A DNA stretch of 24,000 nucleotides from Actinomycetaceae bacterium (GTDB taxonomy: Bacteria > Actinomycetota > Actinomycetes > Actinomycetales > Actinomycetaceae), in assembly GCA_030540715.1 (NCBI GenBank), contig JAUNVQ010000002.1, positions 113,886 to 137,885 of the forward strand. Direction: 5' to 3'. The position numbers were made by a program, and so were the translations under genes. Of this stretch, positions 17,718-24,000 are shown in pieces; within the stretch, counting starts at the first letter, position 1; every line of letters starts with the position of its first letter. Below the pieces are notes generated by a model. That model saw only the letters and a list, made by a program, of their open reading frames with translations, searched no databases and was not told the DNA's origin.

Positions 17718-19058
17718 ATGGCTTTCGTGTACGACGATGAGAATAACCAGATTCCCCACCGAGTTTCACTGCAAACACGACGTTTAGGACCATTACCCTC
17801 ATCGTCTACCTCGCATCATGCGCATGAAGCCTCTGGCGGTGTCACTGCAACTCCACACACCACAGGAACAATTCCTAAAATCACCACAGATGAAAAACCA
17901 CGACCCGGCGGTGTCACTGCAACTCCACACACCACAGGAACAATTCCTAAAATCACCACAGATGAAGATTCTGCTCAGCCTTCTCAACCAGATACTCCTT
18001 CTTTTTTTCAGTCAATTGACTCCTCAATTCCAACTTCTACGACCACACGCCCAAAAAAGCGGATAAAGGATACGCGTCAACCTGTATTCAATGGTTGGGT
18101 TCCAGATCTACAAGCAGCATGGTCCATGCTACTTATACCTGTGACCTGCGGTATTATAATCTCACAGTTTCGATGGTCGCATATATTGCTGTATGCGGCT
18201 TGGATTATGGGTTATTTTACGTTATTCGCACTTGATATATGGCTGCGCTCTGGCCGTAAAGAAAGATATTGGGCAGCTGTTCGCACCTATACCGTACTTA
18301 CCACCATACTGTGTGGTTTCTTACTGATAGTAACGCCTTCGCTGTTGGAATGGGCTATCGTTTTTTTAGTGCTGACATCTATTGGCATGTACGATCCTGC
18401 GCGGAAACGACGGCGTACTCTCGTTACCATGTCAGCCACAATGGCTGCGGCCTCTTTGATGCTCATTGTTGCCTACGATATAGGCACTGGTTTCGCTCGA
18501 AGTTCGCATGTTCTTCCATGGGTACAATACTCAACATCGACAGGTTTTATTGAAGAACCATGGGTACCCGTCAATGTTTCTCTTGACGGATATTCATGGG
18601 CAACGGTAATGGCTCTAGCATTTTTCGCCTACTATTGGACAAATATCTTCTACGTTACCTCAATGGTTCACCGTCAACGTGGAAAACGGGTGTACGTCAC
18701 CTCAGCTGTTCTTCATACACTGGTGTGCATTATTATTTGGGTTGCAGCTGCTTTTCACATGCTGCCAATAGGTCACGCGGTAATTTGGCTTATTGTATGG
18801 GTTCGAGCTATCACTTTACCTATCATTGCTATCAAACTACGCAGTGACAATGCAGACACACAAGTGTGGGCAACATATGTAAGCCCCGACAACTCGGAGC
18901 CCTCACTTTCAGAGTCCATTTCAACCGCCACATACAAATGCCGCCAACTGGAAGTGACTTTTTCCGAAGACACACCATCGGCACCAACTTTTACCCGTAT
19001 CGTGTTAGGTATGGAACTGGTAGTGACAATTTTACTTGTGGTGACCCTATTTATCTGA
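17718..19058 (+). CDS. Integral membrane protein with disordered repeat-containing N-terminal region (possibly YwiC-like membrane core; low confidence on family)
   Basis: 446-aa ORF. The first ~130 aa are S/T/P-rich with a duplicated 20-aa unit. About 8 hydrophobic helices follow, starting at WVPDLQAAWSMLLIPVTCGIIIS, which resembles my recollection of the YwiC-like N-terminal signature. A final C-terminal hydrophobic segment (IVLGMELVVTILLVVTLFI) closes the protein. The ribosome-binding site is weak or absent. Confidence 0.7.
   Translation: MAFVYDDENNQIPHRVSLQTRRLGPLPSSSTSHHAHEASGGVTATPHTTGTIPKITTDEKPRPGGVTATPHTTGTIPKITTDEDSAQPSQPDTPSFFQSIDSSIPTSTTTRPKKRIKDTRQPVFNGWVPDLQAAWSMLLIPVTCGIIISQFRWSHILLYAAWIMGYFTLFALDIWLRSGRKERYWAAVRTYTVLTTILCGFLLIVTPSLLEWAIVFLVLTSIGMYDPARKRRRTLVTMSATMAAASLMLIVAYDIGTGFARSSHVLPWVQYSTSTGFIEEPWVPVNVSLDGYSWATVMALAFFAYYWTNIFYVTSMVHRQRGKRVYVTSAVLHTLVCIIIWVAAAFHMLPIGHAVIWLIVWVRAITLPIIAIKLRSDNADTQVWATYVSPDNSEPSLSESISTATYKCRQLEVTFSEDTPSAPTFTRIVLGMELVVTILLVVTLFI
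17835..17966 (+). repeat. Perfect 60-bp direct repeat x2 (72-bp period) inside the 446-aa membrane protein gene
   Basis: GGCGGTGTCACTGCAACTCCACACACCACAGGAACAATTCCTAAAATCACCACAGATGAA occurs at 17835-17894 and again at 17907-17966, separated by the 12 nt AAACCACGACCC. It encodes GGVTATPHTTGTIPKITTDE twice, in frame. Confidence 0.95.
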
Positions 19059-19198
19059 TGGTGTAAATATCGTTCGGCCACACATTCATACAATGGATGT
19101 TTACTGCATCAACACCAAACACTTCGTTATCGTCACTGTCAACCAATTTTTTACCCTACCGCTGAATTCTTTTATCCAAGTAAGGTATTTCTTTGTGA

Positions 19199-20641
19199 TC
19201 AGTCCCGATGAAAAACCGCGAAGTCATGAATTTTTGTCTTCGACAATCGCTGGTCAAGCCCTAGTTTTTCATCCCGATGTTGATTCCAATGTTCAATGGA
19301 TAAATCATTGGACGAGTCAAGGCTACGCGATATTTCTTTGTAGTATTTCAAATGGTGAGCCTGTGTGCGTGACGGCTTTGTATCAGACTCGATATGAGCC
19401 TTCACTGTTGTTATCTGGGGCGATTTCATGTTATCGACGCCATCTAGTTGAGGAACAATATCATGACTATTTTCTATAGACAGCATCTGAATTCCCTTAT
19501 TGGGAATCATCGAAAACGTTGGAGAGCCAATAGTAAGTGCTGAAACAACATGGTATTTTTTAGTGAAGGCTTTATCTTCGCATAGGCGTGCAGCAACGAT
19601 TCCCCCTTGGGAGTATCCAGCAAGTTCAACACTATCGCCAGGTTGAATGTCCAAACTGTTTAATGCCGCTTTGACAGATTCTTCAGCATCACTTTGATAA
19701 CCTGCCGCAGCCTGAATATTACTATTGAGATTTTGAGGATGTGCCGACCATGGCGACCATGTTTGAGTTCCAGGAATGATCACCGTATAGGAACTGCGTT
19801 TTCCGTCACGTTGATGCTCCAGCACTCGAATACGAGCTCTATCGTCATCAAGATCCTCCATATCAAAATGTTGAACCAGTTTACTAATTGAGGACGGCAC
19901 ATGCGCACGTGAGGTTGGTTCTGGTTTTTTCAAACCTCTGCAAGGTGACGGCAATAAAGCATTATTCCTATATGAATGACTGTATTGTGGGTATGCTCGT
20001 TGCCTGACAATACACTGACCCGCTGAAGTGTAGGAACTAACCATCAGTGGTGAATCATCGTTACCCCACCGGTGAAGACCCGCCATAAGGGGTGACAAGT
20101 TGTGTCGCGTAAATCCGGACACTATATTTCCACTATAACGCGAGTTCATTATGTCAAAATAGTGTTGCGGGGCGCCTGCAAACAGTGAAAACTTTGTTAT
20201 TCGTCGTTGCGTAGGGTCATCTTTTATCGAATCCATCCAGTCATACAACTTATCGGTATCAGAAGCAGGATGTACATAAACAGGACCATAGGGGCCTGTT
20301 ATTCCATGAAATGCCTTCGCTGCATTATCGTTAGCATCATCAAAATAAGCTGCAGCAATATCAAGTCGCTGCCCCATTGTTGTTAGCTCATTAGCTAGGT
20401 CAGTCAACCGTGCATTATTGCGAAGATGCATCAAGGCAGCCTCGTGTGCATCATAGCGTGAGCTGTGAAGCGGATCCCATGATTTTCGCCACCATAAATT
20501 GTTCACTGCAGTATCAATATAAGAATCAATGCTAGAGGCTATAGAACCTAGATGGATAAACTCTTGCGCCATTGAGCGTAGTTCATCAGTATCTGTTCGC
20601 AGTTGTCCAGGACCAACAACCACATAATCAATCTGAGACAT
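19199..20641 (-). CDS. Esx/WXG100-like N-terminal helical domain fused to a lipase-type (class 3-like) alpha/beta hydrolase; candidate secreted effector
   Basis: 480-aa ORF with ATG at 20641 preceded by GGGAGAGG, 11 nt after the stop of the upstream small ORF. It has no Sec-type signal peptide. The first ~110 aa read as two long helices (IDYVVVGPGQLRTDTDELRSMAQEF...LANELTTMGQRLDIAAAYFDDANDNAAKAF), like Esx-family proteins. The C-terminal domain spans about aa 270-435 (nt 19337-19834). It starts with a beta strand (SSYTVIIPGTQ) and carries the nucleophile elbow ELAGYSQGG (Ser codon 19610-19612). TIGSP and an acid-residue motif (NSHDIVPQLDG) follow, with His candidates in QAHHLKYY. Confidence 0.75.
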   Translation of the reverse strand: MSQIDYVVVGPGQLRTDTDELRSMAQEFIHLGSIASSIDSYIDTAVNNLWWRKSWDPLHSSRYDAHEAALMHLRNNARLTDLANELTTMGQRLDIAAAYFDDANDNAAKAFHGITGPYGPVYVHPASDTDKLYDWMDSIKDDPTQRRITKFSLFAGAPQHYFDIMNSRYSGNIVSGFTRHNLSPLMAGLHRWGNDDSPLMVSSYTSAGQCIVRQRAYPQYSHSYRNNALLPSPCRGLKKPEPTSRAHVPSSISKLVQHFDMEDLDDDRARIRVLEHQRDGKRSSYTVIIPGTQTWSPWSAHPQNLNSNIQAAAGYQSDAEESVKAALNSLDIQPGDSVELAGYSQGGIVAARLCEDKAFTKKYHVVSALTIGSPTFSMIPNKGIQMLSIENSHDIVPQLDGVDNMKSPQITTVKAHIESDTKPSRTQAHHLKYYKEISRSLDSSNDLSIEHWNQHRDEKLGLDQRLSKTKIHDFAVFHRD

Positions 20642-20652
20642 AACCTCTCCCT

Positions 20653-20871
20653 TTAAATTGGCGGCAAATGGCTTGTGGCAATGACATGTGGGCAGGCAAG
20701 TGAAAGAGCTGTAGCACGCGAACGATATTCACTGACTTTATTTTCAGCAGCCTCACAGGCCCTACCAGCCCACGCCGATGACACCTGAACACTATATAGC
20801 CTGTCAACCAGCACGCTAATGTCATTTGAGGCATTAGCTGCGGCGCTCTCAAACCCGTAATAACCGAACAT
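20653..20871 (-). CDS. Small WXG100-like helical protein (72 aa), co-operonic with the hydrolase gene
   Basis: The track ORF is 20653-20931. I prefer ATG 20871 because GGAGGGG lies 3 nt upstream. The sequence MFGYYGFESAAANASNDISVLVDRLYSVQVSSAWAGRACEAAENKVSEYRSRATALS has a central W-x-G (AWAGRA) between two helix-like stretches. Its stop lies 11 nt before the next start. Confidence 0.55.
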   Translation of the reverse strand: MFGYYGFESAAANASNDISVLVDRLYSVQVSSAWAGRACEAAENKVSEYRSRATALSLACPHVIATSHLPPI

Positions 20872-21065
20872 CGATCCCCTCCAGACACAGACCCCAGCAA
20901 AGAAGCACACAACGGCTTCAGCGAGGGACACTTTTGTTGCGAATTTTTCTTACAGGGCAAGCCTAAAGAAAATCCTGAGCCCATAACAGAGGTGTGGACA
21001 ACCATTGCACTGCACTATTTATCTGGCAATTGCGAACAGATACTTTTTACTTCAATTCGGGCAGC

Positions 21066-21093
21066 AAAAAGGCCAGCAGTAACACCGCTGGCC
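21066..21093 (-). terminator. Rho-independent terminator downstream of hemQ
   Basis: Read on the minus strand: GGCCAGC (21093-21087), a 9-nt loop, GCTGGCC (21077-21071), then TTTTT (21070-21066). It begins 23 nt after the hemQ stop. Confidence 0.7.
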
Positions 21094-21115
21094 CTCTTTG
21101 TCAAACACTTATGAA

Positions 21116-22024
21116 CTATTGTGCAAGACGTTTTTGCTTCAATGCCCACTCCAAAAGCTCCATACGTTTGCCGGTATAAAATGGCGTATCTTCACGCACA
21201 AACAAACGTGCCTCGCAGTCTCGCTGTTTACGCAGCACACCCATCACTCGGCTGATGTCATCGGCTTCTAACGAAACCGTCCACTCATAGTCACTCAACG
21301 CAAAAGTTGCCAAGGTTGACACGGCCACATCGTTGTAGTCTTTTCCGTTGATACCATGTTCTTTCAACATCGCTCCACGTCGTGACTTTGGCAGATAATA
21401 CCAATCGAATGTGCGGTTAAACGGATAGAACGCACAGTAGGCACGAGGATGCCAACCACCAAAACATGCCGGTAGGTGTGGCGCATTAAACTCGGCTGTC
21501 ATATGCGCTTCCATTACGGAAAACACAGGCACCATATATTCAGCAAGCTCGGAGTTTACTACTGCTCGATATGCCTTTTGAAGCCTGTCAGCGGACACGT
21601 TTTTTTCAGTATCAATCGCGGTAAACCACAGCATTAAATCTGCATCGGGACGAAAGGCACTGACATCATACCAGCCACGAATCTGTACTCCTGTAGCATT
21701 GACGGCATCATTGACCTGGTCAACCATTACCTTAATTTTTTCTTCAGAGGGCGGTAGCGGAACAATCGTTTGGAAAACCGAGTGCAAGCTGAAGTTCTGG
21801 CGAGCATTAACTTCATCAGGGTTTACAGCAACGTCACGCGGATCGCCAGAGATTTCGGGGGCGGAAGGTGTTTTCATCGGATGCCCGCCTGGATGGCCAC
21901 CAGGGTGCCCACCTCCTTGGCTACATTGCCCTGCACCGTGGCTGGTGTGTGCAGCATTGACACCGTGTCCATTACCATTTTTTTTACAGCCACAACCACC
22001 GTGACCGTGATGTTGATGATTCAT
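21116..22024 (-). CDS. hemQ: Coproheme decarboxylase (HemQ/ChdC, chlorite-dismutase-like) with a 49-aa His/Cys/Gly-rich N-terminal extension
   Basis: 302-aa ORF with ATG 22024 preceded by AAGGAG 6 nt upstream. The core matches actinobacterial HemQ as I recall it: NFSLHSVF, IRGWYDVSAFRPDADLMLW, FNAPHLPACF, AYCAFYPFNRTFDWYYLP, RRGAMLKEHG, FALSDYEWTVSLEADD and TPFYTG. The N-terminus is MNHQHHGHGGCGCKKNGNGHGVNAAHTSHGAGQCSQGGGHPGGHPGGHP. Confidence 0.88.
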   Translation of the reverse strand: MNHQHHGHGGCGCKKNGNGHGVNAAHTSHGAGQCSQGGGHPGGHPGGHPMKTPSAPEISGDPRDVAVNPDEVNARQNFSLHSVFQTIVPLPPSEEKIKVMVDQVNDAVNATGVQIRGWYDVSAFRPDADLMLWFTAIDTEKNVSADRLQKAYRAVVNSELAEYMVPVFSVMEAHMTAEFNAPHLPACFGGWHPRAYCAFYPFNRTFDWYYLPKSRRGAMLKEHGINGKDYNDVAVSTLATFALSDYEWTVSLEADDISRVMGVLRKQRDCEARLFVREDTPFYTGKRMELLEWALKQKRLAQ

Positions 22025-22208
22025 TATTACTCCTTAGTAAAAAGATTGAATTGTGCATTAGTTCTTGATCTACCGGCCTTAGTGTGAACCATTCACGTAT
22101 GCGCTTATCCATGCACCTGCACTATGCCTACCCGAATATGTGAAACACCAGACAAGACTGCACGTCAGCCTTACAGGCAAGCACATATCTAGTGGCGCGT
22201 TTTTAGTG

Positions 22209-23453
22209 TTATCCACCGCAGACCGTGGATTGGAAGGACGCACTGGGTCGCAGTAGCGAATCGTGAAGTGGTGATACCGCGGGCCATACGGGTTCAACTA
22301 CATCGGTTGCTTGAAAACCTTTCCATTGATCGTCAACGCTCAGTTCATCGGCAAACTCGGCAACCTCAATGGCAACCGTTACTGCATCTTCACCAACAGT
22401 TGCTGCATCACGGCAGTATCCTACGCCGACGCCACTGGGTAGACCTTCTATTTCGGCGCGTGCCTGCGCGGCACGTTCACACAGAACATCTGCCAACGAT
22501 GACACAAAACACGGCTCGTCACCAGGTGTATCGGCACGTGTATATGACATGCCTAGATTCTTAGCAGTTTCTGCAGCCTCTGTATCCAAGTCAAACACAA
22601 CTTCCATGTGGTCACAGATAAACCCAATGGGGCTGACCACTACTGAACGTACGCCCTGTTCATAGTCGCGTTCTAACACATCGTTAATATCGGGTTCAAG
22701 CCACGGAATATGCGGTGGGCCAGAGCGCGAACAGTATGACAGTTCCCACTCAATGTCATGGCCAAGTATCTTTTCAACACGCTCAACAACTGCCTTGCAT
22801 ACGGCAATATGTTGCCCAACATAGTCGGGGCGCGTTTTATCTGCTGGCCCTGACGCATCGAACATGTCTTGGGGAATGGAATGTGTCACCATCTGAAGTT
22901 TTGTGCGACGTCCTCCAAAACCCTTTTCGGCCTCCACACGAAAACCCCGCACAATGGCATCAACATTTGAGTCAACAAAACCCGTAGTTGTGGAAAAGGC
23001 ACGCGCTTTATCCACAACCATTCCTGTCATTTCCTGTTCTTCCATTTGTTCAAGTGCTGCTGCTAAGTCTTCACGATACTGGCGACACCCTGAATAACAC
23101 ACATATGCACTGGTAAAAAGGGCAAGCACTCGGCGTACACCCTGCTGGTAAAGATCTGTCATCACATCGTGGAAAAAAGGTGTCCAGTTCCGATTGCCAA
23201 TAACAACGGGGATAGTGGAACCACGTTCGCTAAGTTCGCGGCTTAATGCCTGTAAGATCTCGTTATTGCGCGCATTGATAGGACTGACTCCGTGATAGGT
23301 CTTGTAATGACCACTGACCTCGATCAATCGCTCATCTGGAACTCCTCTACCGCTTGTTGCGTTACGCATAAACGGCAAAACATCATCCATTTTTCGCGGG
23401 CCGCCGTAACTACACATAACTACGGCATCATATGGTTGTAATGGATCGCTCAC
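22209..23453 (-). CDS. hemH: Ferrochelatase (coproporphyrin ferrochelatase, HemH/CpfC)
   Basis: 414-aa ORF. GTG 23453 is preceded by AGGAGG with a 4-nt spacer and overlaps the hemA stop (GTGA). Family motifs present: YDAVVMCSYGGPRKMDDVLPFMRN, YSGCRQY, VTHSIPQDM (the conserved His-Ser-x-Pro region), PWLEPDI and SPIGFICDHMEVVFDLD. A C-terminal extension of about 60 aa lies beyond the usual core. Confidence 0.88.
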   Translation of the reverse strand: MSDPLQPYDAVVMCSYGGPRKMDDVLPFMRNATSGRGVPDERLIEVSGHYKTYHGVSPINARNNEILQALSRELSERGSTIPVVIGNRNWTPFFHDVMTDLYQQGVRRVLALFTSAYVCYSGCRQYREDLAAALEQMEEQEMTGMVVDKARAFSTTTGFVDSNVDAIVRGFRVEAEKGFGGRRTKLQMVTHSIPQDMFDASGPADKTRPDYVGQHIAVCKAVVERVEKILGHDIEWELSYCSRSGPPHIPWLEPDINDVLERDYEQGVRSVVVSPIGFICDHMEVVFDLDTEAAETAKNLGMSYTRADTPGDEPCFVSSLADVLCERAAQARAEIEGLPSGVGVGYCRDAATVGEDAVTVAIEVAEFADELSVDDQWKGFQATDVVEPVWPAVSPLHDSLLRPSASFQSTVCGG

Positions 23454-24000
23454 ACGGCCTCCTGTTCCTTCGTGAATTGCGGCGAAATATCCACATTGTG
23501 CAAAATGGTTGTGACCTCATCGTTGATGGAATCACTAAACTCGATATCGGGTGGCAGCCCTGTTTCACCTGGACAACCGATCTTTCTTTTCGAGGACGCA
23601 GCGCCCGAACATCCCGGTAATTCCAGTTCAAGGCCAAGTACCTGTTCAACAGCGTCAATAAACTCTTCGGCTCGACCCATTTGTCCTGCTTCACGGGCTT
23701 TTTCAGAGGGCGTATGCGCTAATCGTCGCGCCATGCGTCGCAATGCCTGCTCGGCATCGGCACGGCTCATTGTAGGAGATTGTGGTAGCTTCTGAATTTC
23801 TTCATCAACAACTGCGTTGATTGTTTCACGCATCGCGATAACTACGGGATCCATACGTCGCGAGCGGATAGTATCGATGGCTTCAGTGACGCCTTCACCA
23901 ACAATCTGGTAGGCGCGTTGCACCTGTTCACGCTGCGCTTGTGGAACGCGCTGCTGAATCATATCCAAATCGATCACATACACCCCTGGCATACGTGCGA
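23450..24000 (-). CDS. hemA: Glutamyl-tRNA reductase, C-terminal part (5' end lies beyond the window edge)
   Basis: The reading frame is open to nt 24000. GVYVIDLDMIQQRV...REQVQRAYQIVGEGVTEAIDTIRSRRMDPVVIAMRE...LRRMARRLAHTPSEKAREA...AVEQVLGLE matches the HemA C-terminal and dimerisation region. The M at 23992 is probably internal. Confidence 0.8.
   Translation of the reverse strand, partial: ARMPGVYVIDLDMIQQRVPQAQREQVQRAYQIVGEGVTEAIDTIRSRRMDPVVIAMRETINAVVDEEIQKLPQSPTMSRADAEQALRRMARRLAHTPSEKAREAGQMGRAEEFIDAVEQVLGLELELPGCSGAASSKRKIGCPGETGLPPDIEFSDSINDEVTTILHNVDISPQFTKEQEAV

Noticed and set aside
19093-19479. The 128-aa + strand ORF overlapping the 3' end of the hydrolase gene, considered as an antisense-encoded immunity protein.
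   Set aside because: It lies almost entirely antisense to a well-supported CDS and has no RBS. Its sequence is the mirror of the hydrolase codons. There is no independent support.
20628-21005. The 125-aa minus-strand ORF overlapping the WXG-like gene in another frame, and the longer 92-aa version of the WXG-like ORF starting at 20931.
   Set aside because: The 125-aa ORF would overlap both operon genes, lacks an RBS and has a Cys/Arg-rich composition. For the 92-aa version, the strong GGAGGGG site sits just upstream of the internal ATG 20871, not before 20931. The longer form cannot be excluded.
21699-22087. Plus-strand ORFs 21699-22004 and 21770-22087 with Pro/Trp-rich repeats (PPGWPPGCPPPW).
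   Set aside because: They are the antisense reading of the GGHP-repeat and Gly/His-rich leader of hemQ, so they are an artefact of the repeat composition.
1-24000. A search by eye for tRNA/rRNA genes, CRISPR repeat-spacer arrays, IS elements or transposases, integrases, att-like flanking repeats and prophage genes.
   Set aside because: I found no regularly spaced direct repeats, no cloverleaf-like or rRNA-like segments in the intergenic regions, and no ORF with DDE, tyrosine or serine recombinase motifs. The absence rests on manual reading only.

Overview
This is an actinobacterial-looking window of about 50% GC with Actinomycetaceae-like gene content (inference). The left third holds a sortase-dependent pilus locus: an LPXTG tip-adhesin-like gene (1-2382), a FimA/SpaA-type shaft pilin (2406-3896) and a class C sortase (4593-5525). 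A heavily decayed second surface-protein gene with an LAKTG signal follows (5687-7101). The middle holds a convergent tyrosine phenol-lyase/tryptophanase-family gene (7309-8754, minus), then an orphan gamma-class N6-adenine-methyltransferase-like gene (9114-11321). That gene is directly followed by a 1926-aa polytopic membrane protein built from an internal duplication (11397-17177) and a 446-aa membrane protein with a perfect 60-bp tandem duplication (17718-19058). The right third is all on the minus strand. It starts with a two-gene operon (19199-20871) encoding a WXG100-like protein and an Esx-like/lipase-type hydrolase. Coproporphyrin-pathway heme genes follow: hemQ/chdC (with an unusual His/Cys/Gly-rich N-terminal tail), hemH/cpfC and the 3' end of hemA. 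I recognised no rRNA, tRNA, CRISPR array, transposase or integrase, and no canonical defence system. The most novel-looking candidates are the WXG-like/lipase pair and the methyltransferase-like gene plus giant duplicated membrane protein. Both rest on motif reading only and need profile or structure searches.
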